In this document: positions 29,588 to 38,673 of the stretch, one piece after another
Numbering within the stretch: position 1 is the first letter of the stretch
Layout: the number at the start of each line of letters is the position of its first letter
DNA from: Candidatus Poribacteria bacterium
GTDB lineage: Bacteria > Poribacteria > WGA-4E > PCPOR2b
Reading direction: 5' to 3'
Length of the DNA: 64,000 bases
Assembly (NCBI GenBank): GCA_965116925.1
Contig: OZ220744.1
Location: 3,360,001 to 3,424,000 of the forward strand
Position numbers and translations under genes: made by a program
The notes under the pieces: model-generated
The model's database searches: none
The model's input: only the letters and a program-made list of their open reading frames with translations
What the model was told of the DNA's origin: nothing

Positions 29588-29968
29588 ATGGAGCAGATGA
29601 AACAGTACTACGAATTCCATAGCCTTGAGCATGTTTATCTAGAAGATAGTTGGGTACTTGATATTCAAACTGAACCTGACTCCGTGGAAATAATCCTTGA
29701 GACAGTTCTCACGGCAAATCATCCGCAGTATAGTGCCCCGCTGCCGAATGAGCAATACTGCTATCGAAACGGGCGAATCCGCTTTCAAAATGCGAAGAGT
29801 GTCACTTGGGTCAATAAGAGTATGATTCCTAATCTCGAGCCGGGGAGTCCACCTGACTATGGAAATATAGACGTATTTTACTTCTCTGAAGGTAGCTACC
29901 ACCTGATTGGAGAGTGGGGAGAGTTAGAGATTGTCTCATGCGAACCGCTGTTTGAATTGGTCGAATAA
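29588..29968 (+). CDS. Acidic hypothetical protein, putative toxin immunity protein
   Basis: YLEDSWVL...HPQY..P..EQYCYR; lies directly after the Rhs/toxin remnant. Confidence 0.55.
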   Translation: MEQMKQYYEFHSLEHVYLEDSWVLDIQTEPDSVEIILETVLTANHPQYSAPLPNEQYCYRNGRIRFQNAKSVTWVNKSMIPNLEPGSPPDYGNIDVFYFSEGSYHLIGEWGELEIVSCEPLFELVE

Positions 29969-30012
29969 CACGAAACAGGTCGCTAATCACTTTGAGCCTC
30001 CCCGTCGTTTAG

Positions 30013-30196
30013 CACACCAATGCTTTGGGGGGTAACATCGTCTTAACCGATGACAACCAGAACCCCTCGTCCGGTATGAGTACGGTGTCTGCGGCGCTAT
30101 CCGACAACGAGCACAACCCTGACCGCCTCTAAAAATTTTACACCATTGCCCTATGATCTCAAGAAGTTACCCATACCAAATCAAGATGGAGGATAA
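30013..30196 (+). pseudogene. RHS core fragment 3 plus short C-terminal tip
   Basis: HTNALGGNIVLTDDNQN (frameshift) LVRYEYGVCGAIR; tip ...KKLPIPNQDGG* stops 2 nt before the next ATG. Confidence 0.75.
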
Positions 30197-30198
30197 AA

Positions 30199-31266
30199 AT
30201 GGACAAACCGCATAGATGCCGTCTGTCTCAAATCCATGTGATAATTTTCCTGATCAGTTGCTTCATTTTAAGTGGGTGTGAAAAACGCTCCGATTGGGCG
30301 GATAAAGATGTAAATTTCCTGATTACCCAACTCAAAAGTAACCGATCCGACGGTAAACGGGGTTGGGCGGCTTACTGGTTGAGAAAAAAGACTGAGAAAC
30401 GAGATAAAGTGATACCCGCATTGACACAAGCGTTATTAAACGATGAGAATCGACGGGTTCGAGTAAGGGCGGTTTGGGCGTTAGGAGACATGAAACCGCC
30501 GGCTGTCTCTGCCATTCCTGCAATGATGGAGGCGTTGCAACACGAAGATACGGGCTGGCTAGAGCCGACAGCGAGTGAAGAGTGGGATCTTCACTGGGAG
30601 GTGGTCAAAGCATTGGGCGACATGGGAACCGAGGCGATACCCGCATTGATACAGGTTTTGCATAGTGACCTGAAGATTTGGCGCAACGCGGGCGTGGAAA
30701 TCTGCCAAATTGACCCTTCTATGCAAGACACTGTCATCGAGGCGATTGTTGGAAAACTGAGTCATGAAGACGGGGATATCCGCTCAAGCGCAATCTATGC
30801 ATTACAGAAGATTGACGAGTTGGCTCTACAGGAGATTGATGACTCGTTTCTGATCTCCATTTTTATTAAAGCGTTTAATGACCCGCACGCCGAGGTTCGC
30901 TGGAGAGCCATCAATGCGTTACAGAAATTTAATGATGTGTCTCTGGTTCCTGTTTTTGCCAAAGCGTTGAGCGACCCGGACCGTAACATCCGCAAACGTG
31001 CGATTGATGCTTTAGAAGAGATCGAACCGGCGGCGACAAAAGCCGCGGTGCCGGCGTTGATAGTAGCACTCAACGATGAATATCCTAGGGTTCGTCGTCA
31101 AGCGGCTAGAGCGTTAGGGAAGATTGGAGACCCTGCCGCTGTACCAATGCTGATAGAGAACTTGACTCATCAGGATCAATGGGTCCGCGAAGCGACGATT
31201 GACGCACTCAAAAAGATTGGCACCCCAGAAGCCCTGAAAGCCGTTCAGGAATTTGATAGCAAATAA
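30199..31266 (+). CDS. HEAT-repeat lipoprotein
   Basis: LSGC lipobox; VRxxAxxALxxI repeats. Confidence 0.88.
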   Translation: MDKPHRCRLSQIHVIIFLISCFILSGCEKRSDWADKDVNFLITQLKSNRSDGKRGWAAYWLRKKTEKRDKVIPALTQALLNDENRRVRVRAVWALGDMKPPAVSAIPAMMEALQHEDTGWLEPTASEEWDLHWEVVKALGDMGTEAIPALIQVLHSDLKIWRNAGVEICQIDPSMQDTVIEAIVGKLSHEDGDIRSSAIYALQKIDELALQEIDDSFLISIFIKAFNDPHAEVRWRAINALQKFNDVSLVPVFAKALSDPDRNIRKRAIDALEEIEPAATKAAVPALIVALNDEYPRVRRQAARALGKIGDPAAVPMLIENLTHQDQWVREATIDALKKIGTPEALKAVQEFDSK

Positions 31267-31477
31267 CAGGATTGAGACAACCCCCGCTGTGCCCTTAATT
31301 CCTGAAAGACTTTATACCGCTTTTATTGGGGACAACTCAAAACGGTCGGCGGGGCTTGTGTTGTTTATCATCCGCTCATCTGACACCGGTAGCCCTATAA
31401 AATTGGAATATAGTATCGACCCTATTCATTATCACGGTGTTCGCATCATAAATAATCGAGGGGGAACAGACCAATGA
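31253..31477 (+). pseudogene. C-terminal fragment of the PLIPER/FIIR lipoprotein family
   Basis: PAVPLIPERLY...FIIRSSDTGSPIKLEY matches C-termini of 35650 and 36207; no signal peptide. Confidence 0.65.
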
Positions 31478-31546
31478 AGTACGCTATCGTTTATGTCATC
31501 TGTATTATTTGTTTAATTGGAGTGGGTGTGTTAATGTGGCGCGTAG

Positions 31547-31763
31547 CTAGTACTCAGTCATATAAGTTTTGGAATTATTATATATGTTATCGTTTGCTTT
31601 CAATCAGGGCTCATGTAGAAAGTGCAAAGCACGAAAATAAATTGTAGGGGCGGGGTCTCCCCGCCCTTATTTGCCAGTGCGGGGGTCGGGTGACCCGACC
31701 CCTACGAAGTATTATGAGTCTCGATCCATATAGACAATCATAATTTGCCTGACAATGTACTAG
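31547..31763. mobile_element. Element D-type shell with a different REP doublet cargo
   Basis: CTAGTACTCAGTCA...TGACAATGTACTAG ends; internal GTAGGGGCGGGGTCTCCCCGCCC...GGGTCGGGTGACCCGACCCCTAC. Confidence 0.7.
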
Positions 31764-31788
31764 ACCTACCCCCCATTCAGAAAGGGGA

Positions 31789-32502
31789 TTGACAATAACG
31801 CTTCAGACGCTAGTCGAAAGCTGGAAAACGTCAGGAGCGTATAATAGCGTAGTGGACCCAGCGACCAAAGCAGACGTTAAAAAAGCGGAGACGACAATCG
31901 GCGCACAACTACCGACTTCATTGCGTGAAGCCTATCAGTTATTCGATGGAGGTTGGATGTGGGATTTAGATTTTTATCAACTTGACTTCAATGAACACGG
32001 TTTCGGACTGGTCAATGCCAATGAGAAATATATCGAATGGGGCTGGCATATCCCAAAAGAGATTCGATTATTTGCAGGGGACGGTGGTGGAGGTATGTTT
32101 GGCATCTGGCTACCCGAAACGGACAATCCGATTTATAACCACCCGATTATTGAGGTAGGGGAGTTGCCGGGTGAGGAAGGCTGCATGGGTATTGCAGGGA
32201 CTAACCTGTTGTCTTTCTTGCGCGGATGGAGTGCCTACCAGATGATGGGGCAGCACGCAATACTGGAAAAAGTTGACAAATCGAAAGAATCGGAATTTCT
32301 GGATAAATTGCAAGTTCCACGATGGCTAAGGTCTGAACACTTCGATCAGAGCCAATATGACGCAACCCACGCCTGGGACGATCCCCACTTTACACAACTG
32401 AGAAAATGGGCAGATCCTCAGTTGTCTGATCCGTCCGGCAGTTCCTATAACCAAGAATACACTATAGCCGACCTCAAGCGGATTTTCGGTGAATCAAAGT
32501 GA
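31789..32502 (+). CDS. SMI1/KNR4 (SUKH) family immunity protein
   Basis: PATKADVKKAETTIGAQLPTSLREAYQLFDGG...FAGDGGG. Confidence 0.85.
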   Translation: MTITLQTLVESWKTSGAYNSVVDPATKADVKKAETTIGAQLPTSLREAYQLFDGGWMWDLDFYQLDFNEHGFGLVNANEKYIEWGWHIPKEIRLFAGDGGGGMFGIWLPETDNPIYNHPIIEVGELPGEEGCMGIAGTNLLSFLRGWSAYQMMGQHAILEKVDKSKESEFLDKLQVPRWLRSEHFDQSQYDATHAWDDPHFTQLRKWADPQLSDPSGSSYNQEYTIADLKRIFGESK

Positions 32503-32509
32503 ATTAAGG

Positions 32510-32631
32510 TATGAAACGGATAGTAACCTCTATTACTACGCTGTCCGCTCCTACGACCCCGACATCGGCAGGTTTACCCGGCGAGATCCCATTGGCGATG
32601 GCGTGAATTGGTATGTTTATTGCACAACAAC
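32510..32631 (+). pseudogene. RHS core fragment 4
   Basis: YETDSNLYYYAVRSYDPDIGRFTRRDPIGDGVNWYVYC. Confidence 0.9.
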
Positions 32632-32759
32632 GGACAACTATGGTGAATTAGAGAAATAAGTAGACACTTGCCCCCTCGGTAGGTGCGGTATCCTAACCAC
32701 ACAGTATAGGTGCAGCTGGAAACAGCGCTTACCAAACGGGGGAACGGTATTGTGGAGGC

Positions 32760-34310
32760 TTGAAAATGTACAGACGAACGATGATTCTTGTCGCTTTAAT
32801 TATGTTACCTTTTCTGAATTTCAATTGTATTATTGATGAGGAGTCCCTGAATTGCCCATCTTGGTCAAAAAAGAATATCGAGTTCTTGGTCAAAAAGCTA
32901 TCGAGTTCAAAGAATGTAGAGCATCGTGCATGTGCTGCGCTAAAGCTCGGTTGGATAGGTGAACCGGCGGCGAAGCAAGGAGTTCCTGCATTGATACAGG
33001 CACTGACCGATGAACACTATCTGGTGCGCTCTTACGCTGCGTCGGCTTTAGACGATATGGGCGCAGCGGGGGTGCGAGCTGTTCCCGCATTGATAGAAAG
33101 GTTAAATAACGATAAAGATGGAAGGGTCATCAACGATGTGGCTCGGACATTGGGTAGAATCGGACCAGTGGCGAAAGACGCGGTCCCCGCTTTGGTAAAG
33201 TTGGCGCAGGAAAATCGGTCAGATCTCTATCTTCCGCCGATCGTTCTGGCAGTATTTCAGATTGACCAGACTGCATTTTATCAAATCGAGTTACCCACTC
33301 AAGCACTTGTCGTGATGATGGTGGAAGAGTTCATAAGGTTTAATTATGATAGCGCATTACAGGTCGTTGATGACGGGACAGTGGTATCGGTTTTGATAGA
33401 GGCACTGGGGGATGAAGATTCGTTGGTTCGCTATGACGCTGCTAGAGCGTTGGCGCGGATGACCCCAACAGCTCAGGCGGCGGTCCCAGCGTTGACAGTC
33501 GCTTTGAACGATACATCTGAGTATGTGCGCAGTTATGCCACGATTGCACTGGGGGAAATTAGAGAAAATGTGCCGTTACAGGCATTGATAGCAGTCTTAA
33601 GGGATGTAGATACGGACCTTGCTATAGACGCTGCGGAAGCACTTGGAAAGATTAGGGATCCGGCAGCGGTGCCTGCATTAATAGAGACGTTGGGGAATGA
33701 AAGTCAAGCAATTGATCTAACGGTCGCAGCAGCTTCGGCTTTAGGTGAGATTGGTGATCCCAGTGCGACACAACCGCTGCAAAAAACCTTGCGTGAAACA
33801 CAATCACCAAAACTTCGTATTTCTGCAGCTTTGGCTTTGTATCGAGTCAATAGGTCTCAGAGGGATACGATCATTCATACCCTGAAAGACGAGTTACAGC
33901 CGGGCAAACACAATTTGAATCGCGTCAACGCTGCGGCTGCTCTGTATCGAGTAGATCCATCTCAACGTGATGTCGTGGTTTCCCTACTTATTGACCTTGT
34001 TCTGACAAAGCCGAAACGTCGAGCAGGTTATGATCATCGAAGTAATGCTGCAAAGGCTTTGGGTGAGATGGGCGAAGCCGCCCACGAGGCAGCACCGGTG
34101 TTAATTGATCTCATCATGAATCCACGCGATTATATTCCGATTCGTACAATAAAGGATGCGATTGTTCGCATTGGTGAACCATCCGTTCCAAAGTTGATAG
34201 AAACATTGACGGATAAGAGATGGCCCTTTTACACCAAGTCCTTTCACCTGCTGAAACGGATTGGCACACCTGAAGCGATGAAAGCAATCGAAGGGTTTGA
34301 AGGGAGATGA
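32760..34310 (+). CDS. HEAT-repeat protein, probably exported
   Basis: Many AVPALIxAL.D....VR..AA.ALG repeats; N-terminal signal. Confidence 0.88.
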   Translation: MKMYRRTMILVALIMLPFLNFNCIIDEESLNCPSWSKKNIEFLVKKLSSSKNVEHRACAALKLGWIGEPAAKQGVPALIQALTDEHYLVRSYAASALDDMGAAGVRAVPALIERLNNDKDGRVINDVARTLGRIGPVAKDAVPALVKLAQENRSDLYLPPIVLAVFQIDQTAFYQIELPTQALVVMMVEEFIRFNYDSALQVVDDGTVVSVLIEALGDEDSLVRYDAARALARMTPTAQAAVPALTVALNDTSEYVRSYATIALGEIRENVPLQALIAVLRDVDTDLAIDAAEALGKIRDPAAVPALIETLGNESQAIDLTVAAASALGEIGDPSATQPLQKTLRETQSPKLRISAALALYRVNRSQRDTIIHTLKDELQPGKHNLNRVNAAAALYRVDPSQRDVVVSLLIDLVLTKPKRRAGYDHRSNAAKALGEMGEAAHEAAPVLIDLIMNPRDYIPIRTIKDAIVRIGEPSVPKLIETLTDKRWPFYTKSFHLLKRIGTPEAMKAIEGFEGR

Positions 34311-35452
34311 TTATCATGGCTAAGTATCTTTTGCTTCTATTTACACTGATAAGTCTAGAGTGGCACAAAAAGGATGTTGCGTTTTTGATTGAAAAGCTAG
34401 AGAACAGTGATATAAGCGATCGCGATGTGGCGGCAACTGCGGTGGGTATGATTGGTGAACCCGCTCAAGCTGCGGTTCCTGCGTTAATTGGAGTCTTGGA
34501 AGATGAGATTGCTTGGACGCGGCGCAATGCAGCAGGGTTGTTAGATCCAAAACCGAAGGGATTTAGAAAGGAGGAGTTTAGCAGGGAGATGGTTCGGTGC
34601 GCTGTGACATGGGCGTTCGGTCAGATTGGACCCCCTGCGATAGACGCAGTTCCAGTGCTGCTGCTGGCTCTCAAGGATCCAGATAAAACCGTGCGTAGCA
34701 ATGCCGCGAAGTCGTTGGGTCAAATTGGGAAGCAGGATATAGCACTTCTACCGGATTTAATTCGAGCCATGAACGATGAGTCGTGGGGAGTCCGGGTCAG
34801 CGCAGCGTATGCCGTGTATCGAACCGATCGCTCAAAGTGGGATATAGTACTTCCGCTATTGACGGAGGCTATCAACCATAAAAATTATGATGTTCGTTCT
34901 GATGCTGTTCGTGTCTTAGGCGATATTAAGGCACCGATTCAGGACGTGATGCCGCTGTTGGTTCAGGCATTCAACGATGAAAACGCCTCTGTTCGTCGCG
35001 GCACTCCGGAGGCTCTGGGCAAGATTGGAGACCCTGTTGCGGTGCCTGTGTTGAGAGAAGCCTTGCAGGATGAGGACAGTAGCATGGTGAAAAGAGTAGC
35101 GATCGCGCTGACACAGATTGATGCGCCTGAAGCGTTGCAAACTCTCATCTCCGCGTTGAATGATCCGGATAGTACGGTCCGTTACCATGTCTCTGATGCC
35201 TTGGAAAAAATGAACCCGTCACCGAAAGACGCGGCTGAGGCGTTGATAGCGACACTCAACGATACAGATCCCTCAGTTCGTCGTAATGCGGCTAGCGCAT
35301 TAGGGCAGATTGGAGACCCTGCCGCTGTCCCCATGCTAAGAAAGAACTTGACTCATCGGAATCCATGGGTCCGTAAAGCGGCGATTGACGCACTCAAGAA
35401 GATTGGCACCCCAGAAGCCCTGAAAGCCGTTCAGGAATTTGATGGCAAATAA
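34307..35452 (+). CDS. HEAT-repeat protein
   Basis: HEAT repeats; ATGA overlap with previous gene; C-terminus nearly identical to that of 30199-31266. Confidence 0.88.
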   Translation: MIIMAKYLLLLFTLISLEWHKKDVAFLIEKLENSDISDRDVAATAVGMIGEPAQAAVPALIGVLEDEIAWTRRNAAGLLDPKPKGFRKEEFSREMVRCAVTWAFGQIGPPAIDAVPVLLLALKDPDKTVRSNAAKSLGQIGKQDIALLPDLIRAMNDESWGVRVSAAYAVYRTDRSKWDIVLPLLTEAINHKNYDVRSDAVRVLGDIKAPIQDVMPLLVQAFNDENASVRRGTPEALGKIGDPVAVPVLREALQDEDSSMVKRVAIALTQIDAPEALQTLISALNDPDSTVRYHVSDALEKMNPSPKDAAEALIATLNDTDPSVRRNAASALGQIGDPAAVPMLRKNLTHRNPWVRKAAIDALKKIGTPEALKAVQEFDGK

Positions 35453-35645
35453 CAGGATTGAGACAACCCCCGCTTTGCCCTTAACCCCGGAGAGACTTCA
35501 TTACGTTGCTATTGAACGTGAAGATGCCACCACGGACGCGATGATATTTTTTATCATCCGCTTGGATCCGACGGGTAGACCGGTCAAAATAGAATATACT
35601 TCTTCAAACCACGACGCACACAATGTTAAAGTGATAACGAGGTGA
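35439..35645 (+). pseudogene. C-terminal fragment of the PLIPER/FIIR lipoprotein family
   Basis: PALPLTPERLH...FFIIRLDPTGRPVKIEY. Confidence 0.65.
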
Positions 35646-35649
35646 CAAA

Positions 35650-36201
35650 ATGAGACGAGTGATTGTCGTTTTTCTCATCTGTGTCGGTTGTTTGGGTTCG
35701 GGTGGGTGTAATACGCTTACTCTGGAGCATGGCTATACACACCCCCATTCCGCAGTGACGGCACCGACTTTTTGTTTCTACGAGGGTTGGGATGAACATT
35801 CACAACCGATCCCAATCTACGAGATGATCATTGCTAGACAGGAGAAATTCAGTGGAGATGAGCGATTCGAGTGGAACAATTGGCGATCGTGGAGCAAGGG
35901 CCGATACGCTGACCAAGTGACATGGAGAATCCAATATGTGCCTGATGACCACGACCAGGCTTTGACGAAACCGTTGTCTTGTATTACCTACGGCAAAGCA
36001 CCGCCGGGGTATGACGAGCCAATCCCTCCATTGCCTCTGATCCCTGAAAGAATTTATGACGTCTCGATTCGGTCGAAGCACCGGGTCTGGGGGGTGTACT
36101 TTATCATCCGTGCAGATTCAACGGGGCACCCCACTCAATTGGAAGTTAATCACGTTGATCGCTACGGACGTGATGACATTCACATCATAACTCAGGAGTA
36201 G
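35650..36201 (+). CDS. Lipoprotein (PLIPER/FIIR family)
   Basis: SGGC lipobox; HPHSxVTAPTFC, SCITYGK, PLIPER, YFIIR. Confidence 0.75.
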   Translation: MRRVIVVFLICVGCLGSGGCNTLTLEHGYTHPHSAVTAPTFCFYEGWDEHSQPIPIYEMIIARQEKFSGDERFEWNNWRSWSKGRYADQVTWRIQYVPDDHDQALTKPLSCITYGKAPPGYDEPIPPLPLIPERIYDVSIRSKHRVWGVYFIIRADSTGHPTQLEVNHVDRYGRDDIHIITQE

Positions 36202-36206
36202 ATAAA

Positions 36207-36854
36207 ATGTATAAAGCGAAAATACGAATGCTGCGAGCCATTGCCGTTTTGCTTATCGGTATCAGTGCTCTGTTTTCGAGTGGCTGTGAGAGCAAGCTCA
36301 AGCTGCACGGCTTCGCACATCCCCATTCAGACGTGACGGCACCGACATTCTGTCTGCACGAGGGGGAGGCACACGACAAAAATGCACCGCCCTTTCCAAT
36401 CTACCGGATTATCGTTCTTCGGGATAAGCAAGAGAGAGGCAATCAACGCTTAGAGTGGCGCAATTGGATCTTGTGGCGAGATGGGCGACGCGGTTACCCA
36501 ATGGCATGGGAGATAGAATACGGAGATCCAGTGGCAGAGGCGAGATTGAACCGATACACTGACCAAGTCGCATGGGTGATGGAATACGCGCCGGATCCCG
36601 AAGCGCAACCCTCGCCGAGACCGTTCTCTTGCATCACCTATGGCAAAGTACCGCCGGGGTACATCGAGAAAATCCCTGCTGTGCCCTTAATCCCGGAAAG
36701 GCTTTACGCGGTTCTGCTTGAAACCCAAGAAGTCACTGCACGGGGTGGGGTGTATTTTATCATCCGCTTAGATTTAGCGGGGCACCCGACTCAATTGGAA
36801 TACACTATCAAACCGACACGACTTGACCAGATTCGCGAGATTACCCAAGAGTGA
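36207..36854 (+). CDS. Lipoprotein (PLIPER/FIIR family)
   Basis: SSGC lipobox; paralog of 35650-36201. Confidence 0.75.
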   Translation: MYKAKIRMLRAIAVLLIGISALFSSGCESKLKLHGFAHPHSDVTAPTFCLHEGEAHDKNAPPFPIYRIIVLRDKQERGNQRLEWRNWILWRDGRRGYPMAWEIEYGDPVAEARLNRYTDQVAWVMEYAPDPEAQPSPRPFSCITYGKVPPGYIEKIPAVPLIPERLYAVLLETQEVTARGGVYFIIRLDLAGHPTQLEYTIKPTRLDQIREITQE

Positions 36855-36868
36855 AGGGATATATAAAA

Positions 36869-37567
36869 ATGACCATTCAGACACTTTTAGATGCTTGGAA
36901 GGCATCTGGCGTACATACCTCGATTGAAGCACCTGCCACTGAAGCAGAAATCCAAGCAGCGGAGAACAAAATCGGGGCGACGCTGCCTAATCTCTTGCGC
37001 GAAGTGTATCCGTTATTCAATGGAGGCTGGGCTTGGGAATTGGATTTTTTGCCGCTTGAACCTACGCCCAAAAGTTATGGACTGACTCGTGGAAATGAGC
37101 AGTTTATTGAATATGGGTGGGATATACCAAAAGAGATTCGCCTGTTTGCACTTGAAGGGGGCTCGGATCTTTTTGGTATCTGGCTGGCTGAAGCAGGCAA
37201 TCCGATTTATAACCACCCGATTATTGAAGTTGGAATGATATTTGAGGCGGGCTGCATGGGACTCGCCGGCACGAACTTAATCTCATTTTTGCGCGGCTGG
37301 GCAGCTTTCCATCTTGTGTATGATGAACGCGATAAATTGTGGGCAGTCGAGTTAGGAGAGGATAAAGACGCGCCGAATCGATTAAAGCGAATACAGACCG
37401 CACTGGACATGCTACAGGTCCCACAATCTCTCAAAGGTGAGAACTTCGATGATGAAATGCCCCCTTTCAAAAAGTGGGCGGATCCCCAGTTGCCAGATCC
37501 TTACGGCACTTCCTATAGCCAGCGATACACCATTGGAGACCTCAAGAAATTGTTCGGTGTAACTTAA
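36869..37567 (+). CDS. SMI1/KNR4 (SUKH) family immunity protein
   Basis: PATEAEIQAAENKIGATLPNLLREVYPLFNGG; paralog of 31789-32502. Confidence 0.85.
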   Translation: MTIQTLLDAWKASGVHTSIEAPATEAEIQAAENKIGATLPNLLREVYPLFNGGWAWELDFLPLEPTPKSYGLTRGNEQFIEYGWDIPKEIRLFALEGGSDLFGIWLAEAGNPIYNHPIIEVGMIFEAGCMGLAGTNLISFLRGWAAFHLVYDERDKLWAVELGEDKDAPNRLKRIQTALDMLQVPQSLKGENFDDEMPPFKKWADPQLPDPYGTSYSQRYTIGDLKKLFGVT

Positions 37568-37653
37568 CTGTATCAGCATAGAGACAACCAAGACTGAGCG
37601 CGTTGCTTGCCTTTTTCGTTTAAGGTCATAACAACGCGTATAAGGAAACCGTA

Positions 37654-38259
37654 ATGACGCCAACCGCCGAATACAATCAACGTCAATATCAACTGATGGC
37701 AAAATTTTTGGACGAGGTCGATTACTCTAATGTCGAGGGCTTAGGTCAATTGGTTGATAGTCTCTCAGCATTACTGGGGACTCTCGAAGAACCGGATGAA
37801 GTTTGGGAGGCAGATTTCATAAGCGCGTGGGCAACGTTAGAGTTAATTTACGCCGTTGCTCGTGTCAACTATGAGGAGGCTCCTGATGATTTTACAAACC
37901 AATTGTCCGTTGAATCTATAAACCGAGCCGAGGAAGCCGTAAAACAGTTAAAAGAGATGGTGAAGGCTGTTAGCTCAATTGAGATTACCAAAGCGGCAAA
38001 AAAAAAGTTAGAAACCATCGCCCAGAAGTTTGGTAGGACCACGGATGATATGTTGTCAGAAGCCCTCGCTTCAAACTCGACATTTCGGGATACAGACACA
38101 GGAAACCTCAATATATGGATTTCCCGTCCGGACAATTCGTCGGGGCTAATTCGAGTGATACTCAATCCTTCGGGGGAACGGGTTATATCCGGCGGGCTTA
38201 ACCACGGAAAAGACATACGAAATATGCTGAAAAAAGAACGTTTCATTTACATTTCGTGA
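37654..38259 (+). CDS. Hypothetical protein, possible immunity/toxin-tip chimera
   Basis: Acidic helical N-half, basic C-half (TGNLNIW...RVILNPSGERVISGG...RF). Confidence 0.5.
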   Translation: MTPTAEYNQRQYQLMAKFLDEVDYSNVEGLGQLVDSLSALLGTLEEPDEVWEADFISAWATLELIYAVARVNYEEAPDDFTNQLSVESINRAEEAVKQLKEMVKAVSSIEITKAAKKKLETIAQKFGRTTDDMLSEALASNSTFRDTDTGNLNIWISRPDNSSGLIRVILNPSGERVISGGLNHGKDIRNMLKKERFIYIS

Positions 38260-38284
38260 AAGCAGTCTATCAAAAGGAGCAACC

Positions 38285-38608
38285 GTGGACTATCTAGCTG
38301 TATTACAGGGTATGGTCACTCGTCTATTAGATGGTACTTGGACCGTGTCAGAATTCCATGACCATTTCTATACGTTCTTTGTTGATGAAGTTCCAGATAA
38401 CGTGCTTTCAGACACAGATTTTTCATTTTTCTGTGAAATCCACGAAAAACTGGACTGGACGGCTGAGGCTCCGGATTCGGCAAGTCGAAGTGATGGTTGG
38501 ATAGATGAGGGGGCATACTTGAATTGGATTCGGAAAATATACGCTTTATATATGAAAGGTGAATGGAGTGAAAGGTGTAGATGGGGATCCACTGAGGCGG
38601 CTCAATAA
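38285..38608 (+). CDS. Small acidic helical protein, putative immunity protein
   Basis: AAGGAG RBS and GTG start; LLDGTWTVSEFHDHFY pattern reminiscent of colicin-D-type immunity proteins. Confidence 0.5.
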   Translation: MDYLAVLQGMVTRLLDGTWTVSEFHDHFYTFFVDEVPDNVLSDTDFSFFCEIHEKLDWTAEAPDSASRSDGWIDEGAYLNWIRKIYALYMKGEWSERCRWGSTEAAQ

Positions 38609-38673
38609 CGGATAAGATAGGGTATTGGGACAAGTAGCATGTTCCTGCTCTGCTGCACTACTGAACCAATGAG

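Noticed and set aside
31053..35498. DGR template/variable repeat pair
   Set aside because: Differences are not confined to adenines and no reverse transcriptase is present.
18897..38608. Integron cassette array
   Set aside because: Co-oriented short genes suggest it, but no integrase and no recurring attC-like site were seen; the recurring spacers are Rhs-core relics and MITEs.
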